Shown in pieces: positions 16,806 through 25,138 of a stretch of 29,632 nt of DNA. Both the position numbers and the translations under genes were made by a program. Each line of letters starts with the position of its first letter. Positions within the stretch are counted from its first letter, which is position 1. The DNA is from a virus (lineage: Duplodnaviria; Caudoviricetes): positions 1 to 29,632 of IMG/VR virus record IMGVR_UViG_3300049444_000032. One strand, given 5' to 3'. The notes under the pieces were generated by a model. It was not told the DNA's origin, did no database searches, and saw only the letters and a program-made list of their open reading frames with translations.

Positions 16806-18451
16806 AGAAACCGCATTTCCCGCTCGCCGTATATGCTGCCCTTCTCGTTGCCGTGACGGATGGCGAGTTCGAGGGCCATGATCGTGGCGACGATGCCGTC
16901 GATCTTTTCAATGCTCTTGCCCTTGTCCGGTTTTATATTTCCCGCCGGATCTTGTTTGACGACGACGTTGTTGGCCATCCAACGAAGGACCGGGTTGCCG
17001 CCGTGGGTGATCTTACGCGCCAAAATATAATTCAACAACTCTTTTGTCGGCCCGGTCATCGACGAAAACCCCTGGCCGAATTGCCATAGCATGGGCTTGT
17101 GAAAGTTGGCCGCCTCTTTTTCATCCGATGTAAATCCGTACTCGTCGCATAACGTCGTCGTGATCTGCGTCGATCCCCATCGGTCAAACGCCAGCGCCTT
17201 GAAGTCGAAATCGACGCGACAGCGGCCGAGGCGGAGCATGATCCATCGATAATCGATAGAATTGCCCGGCGTCGTCTCGACAAATCCCTCGCGTTGCCAA
17301 ACATCGTAAGGCACGCGGTCTCGCCTGACGCGGTCGTGCATCGACTCCTCAGGTATCCAGAAAAACGGCATAACGGTGAATAACTCTTCGCCCATCATCG
17401 GCGGAAAAATCAGCGCCAAGGCTGCAATATCGGTCGTCGACGCGAGATCGAGCCCGCCGAAACAGCGCCGGCCGCGGAGCGCATCGTAATTGACCGGCGG
17501 CACGGCGCAGGCGTCCCACTCGGTCATTTGCAGCCACCGAACGTCCTGCTGCGTCCACATATTCAGGTGAAGTCGTTTGAAAGTATTCTCGTAAGCCGGC
17601 GTGACCTTCGCCTTTTCGCATTCGGCGGCGATATAATCTTCTTTGATCGATACACCTAAATTCGGGTTCGCCTTCTTCCAAATCTTTGGGCTCGTCCAAT
17701 CGTCCGTGTCGCCTGCAGAAAAAATGATTGGCAAAAAAGCCGGGTCGTTGACGGTGCCGTCGATCACTTTCATCGCGTATTCGTGAACTTCCCAGCAGAT
17801 CGAGTGACGATCATAACCAGCTGTCGTGAAATTGATATGCAGCGGTTGGCGCCGCGATCCGGTAGAAGTTTTGAGCACGTCATAAAGTAAGCGATTGAGC
17901 TGGGCGTGAAGCTCGTCGAATAAAATGGCGTGGGAGTTTTTGCCATGCTTGGTCGGCGCGTCAGCGGATAGGACGTGATATGCGTTGGATTTGTAGACGA
18001 TCGAGCGGCGAAACGATTCGGAGACCGAATCCAAATCCGGATCTTGCTCGACCATTCCCTTGGCCACGTCGAACACGACCGCCGCCTGGTCGGTATCGGC
18101 CGCGGCCGAATAGATCTCCGCGCCCGGCTCGCCGTCGGCGAATAACAAATAGAGCCCCAGCGCCGCGCCGAGCGATGATTTGCCGTTTTTGCGCGGGACC
18201 TCGATCAAAACCTCGCGATAGAGCCTCGTGCCGTTGGGGCGTATCCAGCCAAAGATCCCGCGCACGATCTCGCGCTGCCAGCCCTCGATTTTAAATAATT
18301 GCCCAGCGAGCTCGCCTTTGACGTGGCGACAACATGTCTCGATAAAATCGACGGCGCGATCGGCCTTGGTTTGATCGAAATGCGCGCCATGCCGCTTCCA
18401 ATTGGCGGCATTCTTCACACTGCCGTTTTTGTTTTTCCAAAATGGAATCAC
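16802..18451 (-). CDS. terL: Terminase large subunit
   Basis: Walker A VPRKNGKS, Walker B ILFDELH, TTAG coupling motif, GGLDLASTTD nuclease, KIDGIVA. Confidence 0.97.
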   Translation of the reverse strand: MIPFWKNKNGSVKNAANWKRHGAHFDQTKADRAVDFIETCCRHVKGELAGQLFKIEGWQREIVRGIFGWIRPNGTRLYREVLIEVPRKNGKSSLGAALGLYLLFADGEPGAEIYSAAADTDQAAVVFDVAKGMVEQDPDLDSVSESFRRSIVYKSNAYHVLSADAPTKHGKNSHAILFDELHAQLNRLLYDVLKTSTGSRRQPLHINFTTAGYDRHSICWEVHEYAMKVIDGTVNDPAFLPIIFSAGDTDDWTSPKIWKKANPNLGVSIKEDYIAAECEKAKVTPAYENTFKRLHLNMWTQQDVRWLQMTEWDACAVPPVNYDALRGRRCFGGLDLASTTDIAALALIFPPMMGEELFTVMPFFWIPEESMHDRVRRDRVPYDVWQREGFVETTPGNSIDYRWIMLRLGRCRVDFDFKALAFDRWGSTQITTTLCDEYGFTSDEKEAANFHKPMLWQFGQGFSSMTGPTKELLNYILARKITHGGNPVLRWMANNVVVKQDPAGNIKPDKGKSIEKIDGIVATIMALELAIRHGNEKGSIYGEREMRFL

Positions 18452-18900
18452 GCTAGAAATCTTTTAGCGCCCGCTGGTTTTTCTTTTGGTGTTGCTTTAA
18501 TTCCAGCGCGATCCGAAGGCGACAATCCGAACTTAGCACTCCATCGGTCGCATCTTACATCGGTAGCAAGAAATGCTTTCATGTAGCCTTTAGCAATCGC
18601 GAGCTCTTCACCTGCGTCGTGAATTTTTTGCCAGAGTCGATCCCGAATCGCGCAGAGCAAACAGTAAGTTGAGAAAGCTGTAGAGTCTTGAAATGTGAGC
18701 AAACCTAATTCAATTAATTCTGGTGATTTCTCTTTCCACATTTTCAAGGCATCTGGATCTGCTAAAACTTTTTCGCTCGGTAACGGTTCTCCATCAAATT
18801 TTGGCTCCTCTTTGTTGATTGGACGTGTATGACCGGGTTTTCCTCGTAGCTTTACGACGTTGTTTGGTAATCTTGCCGGCCCACGTTTACCCATTTTCAA
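18448..18900 (-). CDS. terS: Terminase small subunit (P27-like)
   Basis: MGKRGPARLP...LRGKPG, FGLSPSDRAGI. Confidence 0.9.
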   Translation of the reverse strand: MKMGKRGPARLPNNVVKLRGKPGHTRPINKEEPKFDGEPLPSEKVLADPDALKMWKEKSPELIELGLLTFQDSTAFSTYCLLCAIRDRLWQKIHDAGEELAIAKGYMKAFLATDVRCDRWSAKFGLSPSDRAGIKATPKEKPAGAKRFLA

Positions 18901-18934
18901 ATAATCCCCCTATGGCAAAACCTCGGACTGTGTG

Positions 18935-19000
18935 AATTTGGGCACGGTGCGCTCAACAAAGGGCAGAATTTTGAAGATTTTGACCCCCCTCCCCTACCCT
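18935..19000 (-). other. Candidate cos/packaging region
   Basis: G-run GGGGAGGGGGGTCAAAATC then GCACCGTGCCC just upstream of terS, where cos sites usually lie in HNH/P27-terS phages; exact site inferred. Confidence 0.35.
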
Positions 19001-19174
19001 GATCACAGGGCCGATGGCGCCTAGCATCTGCAACAACCACAACAAGACAAATAACACAACGACCACATAACATATTCTTTTGATGGTGGCGTCGATCGGC
19101 AGTAGCTGGATGATGTAGAGGATGGCGCCAATGATGATCAGCGTGATTAATATACCTACTAAAGAGATCGTCAT
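18953..19174 (-). CDS. Small two-TM membrane protein
   Basis: MTISLVGILITLIIIGAILYIIQLLPIDATIKRICYVVVVLFVLLWLL. Confidence 0.7.
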   Translation of the reverse strand: MTISLVGILITLIIIGAILYIIQLLPIDATIKRICYVVVVLFVLLWLLQMLGAIGPVIRVGEGGQNLQNSALC

Positions 19175-19440
19175 GGATGCTGCTCCTTCCACGTCTTAGC
19201 TGAATGACAACTACGGCAAAGCCCTTGCACGTTGTTGATATCGAATGGTGCGCCGCCTTTGCTGATTGGTATAATATGATCGAGGTCAACGCTGCGCGCT
19301 TGATGGCAGGATTGGCAGATCGGATGCCGTATCAGTACGTACCTTCTCCACTGCCTATGCCTATACCCATAGTTGATCTTAGTGCTTGGTCTTTCTGTCT
19401 TTGGTATCCGAGAAGGTAAGGGTTTGACTGATTGCGGCAT
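19171..19440 (-). CDS. Terminase-associated HNH endonuclease (HK97 gp74-like)
   Basis: YGYRHRQWR...HPICQSC...DHIIPISKGG...NVQGLCRSCHSAKT, upstream of terS. Confidence 0.92.
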   Translation of the reverse strand: MPQSVKPLPSRIPKTERPSTKINYGYRHRQWRRYVLIRHPICQSCHQARSVDLDHIIPISKGGAPFDINNVQGLCRSCHSAKTWKEQHP

Positions 19441-19496
19441 GGGGAAACCCCTAGTTCGCTAACAAGGGTTCATGGTAATATCACCATTAGGCGCTT

Positions 19497-19545
19497 GGCC
19501 CCGGCACACCGCCATAACTGCGATGGGTACGTGGTGACCGGGGCC
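19497..19545. other. GC-rich extended stem-loop
   Basis: GGCCCCGG...CCGGGGCC closing stem with further internal pairing; followed by TTTTGTTT on the plus strand. Confidence 0.45.
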
Positions 19546-19551
19546 TTTTGT

Positions 19552-19788
19552 TTATGTGGTAGCAGGCGGTTCAGTGCCTGCCGCTTCTTCCTCACCAGCT
19601 GGCACAACCTTGTATTTGGTTTTAAGTCTTTCCAATCCATCGCGCATCGCTCTTGCCGTCTGTTCCGCGTCGTTTACTTCTTCCGGCGTTGATTCCGGAT
19701 CGTCGATTATCTCCTGGGCGCTGGCCAGGATTTCCTTGAAATGTTCCGCTTGTTTTGTTCGAATCGATTCTTTATCGGATTTTGCCAT
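19552..19788 (-). CDS. Hypothetical helical protein
   Basis: 78 aa, AAGGA SD. Confidence 0.7.
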   Translation of the reverse strand: MAKSDKESIRTKQAEHFKEILASAQEIIDDPESTPEEVNDAEQTARAMRDGLERLKTKYKVVPAGEEEAAGTEPPATT

Positions 19789-19800
19789 GATCAGTTTCCT

Positions 19801-20118
19801 TTACGGTATTGGATTTGTTGGGTCAACGCCCCAGCCTGAGAGTTTCTGCGATTCGGCATCGATGCGCGCAGTGATCGCGTCGACCTCTTCCTGCGTCATC
19901 CCCGCATGAATTCCGTTGACTATTTCTTTGAGTCGCGCGGCAGCTTCATCCGTCTTTGCATTTAAATCGTCGAGACTCGCGTTGATTTGTTCCGCTTGAG
20001 CCATATTTGCCTCCATCATTCTTGTGATTTTATTTTCGATACGATCCAATTGTTGCGATAAGGCATCCGTTATGTCATCGAGTTGCGTGTATAATTTATC
20101 CCACTCAAACCAGCCCAT
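19801..20118 (-). CDS. Hypothetical coiled-coil protein
   Basis: 105 aa, AAGGA SD, heptad pattern. Confidence 0.7.
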   Translation of the reverse strand: MGWFEWDKLYTQLDDITDALSQQLDRIENKITRMMEANMAQAEQINASLDDLNAKTDEAAARLKEIVNGIHAGMTQEEVDAITARIDAESQKLSGWGVDPTNPIP

Positions 20119-20155
20119 CTGATTTTCCTTTGTGCGGAGTCCGATGATGAGTTAA

Positions 20156-20341
20156 TCAACACCGATAGTCAAATCCGATTTTCCCCGCGATCATCCTCGA
20201 CATAGCAATCATCACGATCCCGCAGATGCACGCCCAGCCAGCCATGTAAAATTCCCCGTCCGATAACATGCAAACCATCTCCCCGCCAAGAAACCCGCTC
20301 ATAAATGCCAGGCCGAGCGCTAACCGAAAGAAGTCAATCAT
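20156..20341 (-). CDS. Small membrane protein
   Basis: MIDFFRLALGLAFMSGFLGG...; two hydrophobic segments. Confidence 0.5.
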   Translation of the reverse strand: MIDFFRLALGLAFMSGFLGGEMVCMLSDGEFYMAGWACICGIVMIAMSRMIAGKIGFDYRC

Positions 20342-20426
20342 CGGTGCCAATCCCAAGTAGTGCGAGCACCACCACGCCAATGAATACCGCTATAAGAAAT
20401 ATCAATGCGTACTGCTCCGTGTACAT
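20334..20426 (-). CDS. Small single-TM peptide
   Basis: MYTEQYALIFLIAVFIGVVVLALLGIGTDD. Confidence 0.45.
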   Translation of the reverse strand: MYTEQYALIFLIAVFIGVVVLALLGIGTDD

Positions 20427-20854
20427 AACCCCAACATCCCGCAAATGGCAGAAAAAAGTCCTAAGCCAAGCCAGTCGAAGGACTGCAAAAACTTCACCGC
20501 CAATAGTGCATTGTGATAGACGAGAGTCGCCTGGTGACGAGCATACGCCACGCTCTCGAACGGAGACCAATAGTTGTACGGCAAATTCGTCGGGTCTTCG
20601 GCTACCGTGATCCGCCCGGGCTCGGGCTTGAAGAAATGGAAGTGGTCGGGGTGATCGCGAGGCATGTCGGGCGGCCCCATGATCGCGTGCTGTATTGGCC
20701 CGATCGTGGAGAATGTGGGGCGACCGTAATGGTAGGAGAGAAGGCCAATCCATGGCCCTGCCACCAGTAGAACACCGAGAGCAACCTGAAACGGCTTACG
20801 CCACATTGATACACTTGCCCATTTCACCGGGTAAATCTTGTATTTCGCCATCAT
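20402..20854 (-). CDS. Hypothetical membrane protein
   Basis: 150 aa with two hydrophobic segments. Confidence 0.55.
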   Translation of the reverse strand: MMAKYKIYPVKWASVSMWRKPFQVALGVLLVAGPWIGLLSYHYGRPTFSTIGPIQHAIMGPPDMPRDHPDHFHFFKPEPGRITVAEDPTNLPYNYWSPFESVAYARHQATLVYHNALLAVKFLQSFDWLGLGLFSAICGMLGLCTRSSTH

Positions 20855-20999
20855 CGAGAATAATAGTTAAAGCCCTGATCCACGCAATTACATTGTCGTG
20901 CGTTATCGGAATCACAATGACCGGGTCGCCCTCTTTACAATCCTCATCGCCAATCAAAATATTATCCCCTGTTTCGTCGCCCCAAATTGCTAAACTCAT
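20796..20999 (-). CDS. Hypothetical acidic protein
   Basis: 67 aa, AAGGA SD. Confidence 0.55.
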   Translation of the reverse strand: MSLAIWGDETGDNILIGDEDCKEGDPVIVIPITHDNVIAWIRALTIILDDGEIQDLPGEMGKCINVA

Positions 21000-21035
21000 C
21001 GTGATTTGATTCCTTTCCTTTTGGGCGCAATATCT

Positions 21036-21404
21036 TCATTTGCCCGCCTTGGCCTTGTCTATTTCGACTCGGATAGCCGCTTTTGCCGTTAAAACCCATT
21101 GATACGGTCTTAGACAATCAAGAATCTCAATTGCCCTATATAACCCCTTGCCAAACTCAGCGTCACGCTCCCGCTGTGCTTCTAAAATTCGCGCTTCGAC
21201 TTGGCTTTGGATATCGACTTTTTCTTCCCATACTCGCTTTAACTCGGCCTTGAGCCGGCTATTCTCGGCGCGGAGTTCTCTATGATAATTACACTCAGTA
21301 ATCGGGTCGCTATCACCCACGCCAGTATCAAACACACAGGCGCACCGTTGCGGGTCGTACCCGGCTTGTTTGTGCAATAACCGTTTTTGTTCCAATTCCA
21401 TCAT
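21036..21404 (-). CDS. Hypothetical protein (Cys motifs plus coiled coil)
   Basis: CAC...CNYH followed by a coiled coil; ATGA coupling. Confidence 0.65.
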   Translation of the reverse strand: MMELEQKRLLHKQAGYDPQRCACVFDTGVGDSDPITECNYHRELRAENSRLKAELKRVWEEKVDIQSQVEARILEAQRERDAEFGKGLYRAIEILDCLRPYQWVLTAKAAIRVEIDKAKAGK

Positions 21405-21604
21405 CGCTTCACCTCGCGCAGTTTCTCGGGAACTTCGCCTTGAAACGTAACTTGATCCTTAAACAACAAGTTCTCCGCATCGGCGCGACAAGTTTTATGG
21501 ACATTAATCGGGGAGTCGTTGAACCAAATCGTAGAGTAAGTGGGACGATTGACATCTTTTGGGACAGCGAGTTTTTTGCCGCACTGCCAACACAGTTTAA
21601 TCAT
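21401..21604 (-). CDS. Small zinc-finger-like protein
   Basis: MIKLCWQCGKKL...VHKTC. Confidence 0.6.
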   Translation of the reverse strand: MIKLCWQCGKKLAVPKDVNRPTYSTIWFNDSPINVHKTCRADAENLLFKDQVTFQGEVPEKLREVKR

Positions 21605-21642
21605 TTTCTTAGTTTCTCGTCGGCCTCTGTTCCTCTGTCGGT

Positions 21643-22200
21643 TTAAGCATCGCTTTGCCTTTCTGTAATCACCGCCAGCGCCACGATCACCATCACGGAC
21701 ACCGGCAGCGCGACAGGCTTTGCCAGGTAAGCCGCGCCGAAAATCATGCCAGTACGGAGCCCACCCAGGGGCGTCATGCTTGCAAATAGGCGGCTTACTC
21801 CCCAACAAAAGATGCCACTCATGAGCAAATCAGGGCTGATCACAATCGTGGTCCACGCTGCACTCAAAAAAGCCGTTATCCACGTGCCGATAATAACCGC
21901 AGAGTCGGGGATCTTCATTGCCCGCAGGAGCTTATAAGTGCCAAACAGAAACACCACCGCGGAGCAAGCCATGGCGCCGTGCGCAGCGAGCAGCGTATCA
22001 TCGAACACCAGGAGCCAGGGGATCATCAGCCAACTGAGCAGCGGGCCCCAAACACCCGACACCATCAGGTCTGGTTGCCAGTGCATGTAGTAGCCGGCGA
22101 TCCGCAGGTAACTAATCGCGTCAGGATTGATTGCCTCGCGGTACAACCATGTCGCTTTGACCAAGAGAATTGCTTGAACGATGAAAGCGGCGGCAATCAT
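21643..22200 (-). CDS. GT-C (ArnT/PMT-like) membrane glycosyltransferase N-terminal fragment
   Basis: First TM, then INPDAISYLRIA...WGPLLSWL, SPDLL, GAAYLAK; only 185 aa. Confidence 0.6.
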   Translation of the reverse strand: MIAAAFIVQAILLVKATWLYREAINPDAISYLRIAGYYMHWQPDLMVSGVWGPLLSWLMIPWLLVFDDTLLAAHGAMACSAVVFLFGTYKLLRAMKIPDSAVIIGTWITAFLSAAWTTIVISPDLLMSGIFCWGVSRLFASMTPLGGLRTGMIFGAAYLAKPVALPVSVMVIVALAVITERQSDA

Positions 22201-22201
22201 T

Positions 22202-22555
22202 TTAGCAATCGCAGGGATTCAATATGAATCGTTTTATCCATGCGAAAGACGACGCTAGAAGCCCGCCGTCCAGTCGTAGGAGCCAGCCAATTACCACTAG
22301 CCAGAACAAAGCCATCATTGCCGTAATGAAGATCAGGATCGTTTTGTCAGTCATAGCCCAACCATGTGAGAACGACGGGAGTCAGCAGCATCAGCACCAG
22401 AAACATAGCGACCAGCAGCAGTTGCCATGAGTTCTCATTCACCGCCATGACCATATTTGCATCAACACCATCACTAGACCGCCAACGGCCAAGGTAAACC
22501 CCGCGAACAGCACCACCGCTATGGCGACTATTTTTAACCAATCGTAAAATGGCAT
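22202..22555 (-). CDS. Three tandem small single-TM ORFs (22439-22555, 22347-22442, 22202-22354)
   Basis: MPFYDWLKIVAIAVVLFAGFTLAVGGLVMVLMQIWSWR; (M/V)NENSWQLLLVAMFLVLMLLTPVVLTWLGYD; MTDKTILIFITAMMALFWLVVIGWLL...; overlapping stop/start junctions. Confidence 0.5.
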
Positions 22556-22896
22556 CACTCGATCTGCCAAAGTTCTATCACCGTTTCTTCGTTCCGCCTT
22601 TGCTCGAACGTTTCCCTGATTTCCGCGAGATAGACGGGCGAATCATCCGGTAATAATCCGCCTCTAACGAGGCCGTCCACGGCAAATTTATGCGCGCGCC
22701 CGGTGGCGTCTGCGAGCCGCCGGCTTCGATGATGGACGACGATATTAAATCTCTGATAAACCTTTTCAGCCGCATCCGCTGGCGCAGGTCCATCGCCAGG
22801 ATTCGGTTCCACGTTGGCAGCGGGAACGGCAGGACGATTGAAGCGCGCAAGATAGGTGGCGAGTTCGGCTTCGGTCCAGGCATTTGTTCTGCTCAT
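22555..22896 (-). CDS. RusA-like Holliday junction resolvase
   Basis: RLADATGRAHKFAVDGLVRGGLLPDDS resembles the RusA D...K...D.L...G..DD pattern; downstream of the replication gene. Confidence 0.65.
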   Translation of the reverse strand: MSRTNAWTEAELATYLARFNRPAVPAANVEPNPGDGPAPADAAEKVYQRFNIVVHHRSRRLADATGRAHKFAVDGLVRGGLLPDDSPVYLAEIRETFEQRRNEETVIELWQIE

Positions 22897-23132
22897 CGCG
22901 TCTTGATCCCCTCGCGAAATATCCGCATCGCGCCCATTACAGGGGTATGTATCCCCGGCGGCCGGCCGTGCGTGTTGCCCGCCTTGCGATGATAGACGGG
23001 CGGCTGATGGTGCGATTGTTTATGAGCGAGCAACGCCGCCTCGGGATAGATTATCGTTCGCAGCACGCAATCCGGACATACCACGCCGACGATCGTTTTA
23101 TGGCCGATCCGGATGATGCGCCGTTCCATCAC
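22893..23132 (-). CDS. Hypothetical zinc-finger-like protein
   Basis: CPDC...H..SH; translationally coupled to neighbours. Confidence 0.55.
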   Translation of the reverse strand: MMERRIIRIGHKTIVGVVCPDCVLRTIIYPEAALLAHKQSHHQPPVYHRKAGNTHGRPPGIHTPVMGAMRIFREGIKTR

Positions 23133-24001
23133 GGTCCGCCCTCCATTGCGATTCCATTCGCCGCGATCTTTTGCAGTATTTGACCAAATTGGCCGAGCGG
23201 CGCGTTTTTATATGCCCGGTTTTCCGGCCCCTGAATATACTTGGTTCGCTCTTTCTCGAAGATAACCGTCAACAGCCCCCAAAGCGATTTTATCTCATAG
23301 CCCGCATCGATCTTGGCCCGAACGATTTCCAGCGATGACCTGGTGACGGCCAAGACCCGGTCCTGCGGTTCGCCTCTTAGCGCCGTCAACATGCTGACGG
23401 TCCACTGAACCAGTTTTTTTGCCGTCTCATTGCGGTTGTCGATATGGTCTTTGCCGGCTATCTCTGCCGCCAATCTCAATAATGGCTCGTATGGATTCCC
23501 CTCCGTGGCTTTCTTGCTCGTTGAGTTATCAACAGCCCCGGCGCTTTTTGACGGGCTCTTAAGATATAAAGATAAAGAAGAAGAAGAAGAGGCGCCCTTT
23601 GGCGCCCAAAAGGGCGCGGAAGGGCGCGAACCTGTGGATATCGGCAGCGGCAAGGCCAGTTGTGCCCGCCCCGGTTTCGGCGTAAGTACGCGCCGCTCAA
23701 GCGGAATCTTGCTCTGATATTTATAAAAATTGGCCGACGGCAGGAAATAATGACCTATCTCGTCCTGGCCGATCAGCTCGGCTGTGAATAACTCATCGAG
23801 CGCGGCCGTCACTTCGGCGTCGGTCTTGCGCCGATTCGGCACGACCAGCAGATTGATCTCCTCGGCGTCCTTAGCGACCAACCGGCAGTCATCATCGGCG
23901 TGCGGAATCATCCAGGTATAAAGCAGTGCGGCAAAATCGGACAATCTTTTCAATTTCTTGTCGACCGAGATATCCGTGCTCAAATTTCGCCGCCTGCTCA
24001 T
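23129..24001 (-). CDS. Phage replication initiator / replisome organiser
   Basis: N-terminal RNLSTDISVDKKLKRLSDFAALLYTWMIPHADDDCRL...NFYKYQ wHTH typical of phage initiators; low-complexity central linker. Confidence 0.75.
   Translation of the reverse strand: MSRRRNLSTDISVDKKLKRLSDFAALLYTWMIPHADDDCRLVAKDAEEINLLVVPNRRKTDAEVTAALDELFTAELIGQDEIGHYFLPSANFYKYQSKIPLERRVLTPKPGRAQLALPLPISTGSRPSAPFWAPKGASSSSSLSLYLKSPSKSAGAVDNSTSKKATEGNPYEPLLRLAAEIAGKDHIDNRNETAKKLVQWTVSMLTALRGEPQDRVLAVTRSSLEIVRAKIDAGYEIKSLWGLLTVIFEKERTKYIQGPENRAYKNAPLGQFGQILQKIAANGIAMEGGP
23526..23641. other. Candidate replication origin inside the initiator gene
   Basis: GGCGCCC/GGGCGC repeats forming an inverted pair (23591-23628), an A-rich purine tract (23561-23590) and two 8/9 DnaA-box matches (23526, 23633). 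Confidence 0.4.
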
Positions 24002-24198
24002 TTCGGCGCACCCCCGTTGTTCAGTGGCAACTCGGCGTCAAAAACCTGCCCGTTGTTCTCGTGAAACTTGAGCCGCTTGCGCAGGACCGATTCGATCGCC
24101 GTCGGCTGAAAGGGCCAGGTGCGGGCGAGCTCGGCGATCGTCGCGCCGTTTATAAACTGCTTGACCATGACCGTGCGTACGTTGGCGGTGAGTTTCAT
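23998..24198 (-). CDS. Small HTH-like protein
   Basis: FINGATIAELARTW....IESVLR (DUF433-like). Confidence 0.6.
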   Translation of the reverse strand: MKLTANVRTVMVKQFINGATIAELARTWPFQPTAIESVLRKRLKFHENNGQVFDAELPLNNGGAPK

Positions 24199-24209
24199 TT
24201 TTTACTTTA

Positions 24210-24356
24210 GCGCCATTGGCGCCCTTGCCTTGCCCAACCCAGCCTTGCCTTGCCATGCCGTACCCGACCGGACCATGCCGTACCCGACCGTGCCTTGCCA
24301 TGCCAGGCCCGACCGCACCAAACCTCACCTCGCCCCGCCAGACCCTACCTAGCCTC
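24210..24356 (-). ncRNA. GGY-NN pentamer array D with conserved 3' hairpin motif (putative guide RNA)
   Basis: 27 in-phase pentamers at 24222-24356; starts at the upstream TGA and ends in GGCAAGGGCGCCAATGGCGC. Confidence 0.8.
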
Positions 24357-24846
24357 ATCCATTTTTTATGAGCTTCGGTTTAGGCAAAGATTTCACCGGC
24401 GCAATATCTGCGGGTAATTGCTTTTTAACGTCATCAATAGCTGCCTGTATTCGTCCAGTGAGTAACATGACGTGATCGTATCGCTGCTGGCCTTCAGCGT
24501 TCAGCCGTTCGCGAGGCGTTGAGGCATATCTTTGGCGCTCTAATCTTACTTGCCGCGATTTCCGCAAGATTCCTTTTTCGCGGAGTGCTGCCCTATCCGC
24601 CGGCTCAAGTATTTTGATACCGATGCCCGCCAACGCTTCGGTGTCGATATTGCGCGATCTCCAGAGCGAACGGCGCCAAGAATAGAGCACCGTCTTAAAT
24701 CTGCTTTCCGTGCGTCCGTGGTGTAAAACTTCTTCGATCTGCTCGTATCGCAACACTTCGCCTTCCTGAGGTAATGGAAAAGCCTCATCGAGCCGCCGCA
24801 GCTCGGGCCCATACGGTAGCCCTCTTTTATAAATTCGTATTCCCAT
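24355..24846 (-). CDS. Hypothetical partner protein of the RAMP/array locus
   Basis: 163 aa, basic; AAGGAG SD; sits between arrays C and D. Confidence 0.75.
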   Translation of the reverse strand: MGIRIYKRGLPYGPELRRLDEAFPLPQEGEVLRYEQIEEVLHHGRTESRFKTVLYSWRRSLWRSRNIDTEALAGIGIKILEPADRAALREKGILRKSRQVRLERQRYASTPRERLNAEGQQRYDHVMLLTGRIQAAIDDVKKQLPADIAPVKSLPKPKLIKNG

Positions 24847-24862
24847 TAACAGACTCCTTTCA

Positions 24863-25004
24863 GCGCCATTGGCGCCCTTGCCTTGCCGCGCCTCGCCTTA
24901 CAATGCCCTACCTTGCCTCGCCTCACCCAACCTTACCTCACCCGGCCATGCCAAACCCCGCACAGCCGCACCTTGCCCGACCCAACCACGCCGCGCCGCA
25001 CCAC
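24863..25004 (-). ncRNA. GGY-NN pentamer array C with conserved 3' hairpin motif
   Basis: 26 in-phase pentamers at 24875-25004 (two TGY variants); same terminal 20-mer. Confidence 0.8.
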
Positions 25005-25020
25005 ATCGAATTTTGATTGT

Positions 25021-25138
25021 GCGCCATTGGCGCCCTTGCCTTGCCGGACCTGACCACGCCGTAGCCTGCCGGACCTGACCATGGCACGCCATACCGCGCC
25101 TTGCCGGACCATACCGGACCCCCGCCTTGCCTCACCTC
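25021..25138 (-). ncRNA. GGY-NN pentamer array B with conserved 3' hairpin motif
   Basis: About 21 units starting at the RAMP gene TGA; one 6-nt unit and two degenerate triplets; same terminal 20-mer. Confidence 0.78.

Noticed and set aside
18953-20118. Lysis cassette (holin/spanin) upstream of terminase
   Set aside because: A small membrane protein is present, but no endolysin or lipoprotein motif is recognisable
23591-23617. Fifth copy of the array handle (GGCGCCCTTTGGCGCCC)
   Set aside because: Only partial similarity, no adjoining pentamer array, and it lies inside the replication gene where iteron-like repeats are expected
162-24000. Numerous plus-strand ORFs antisense to structural and early genes
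   Set aside because: Shadow ORFs of GC-rich minus-strand genes with no recognisable motifs
24038-25135. Arg/Gly- or Pro-rich ORFs over the arrays (24038-24358, 24119-24352, 24774-25016, 24869-25078, 24898-25092, 24938-25135)
   Set aside because: Low-complexity translations of a 5-nt periodic repeat; the period does not fit codon structure
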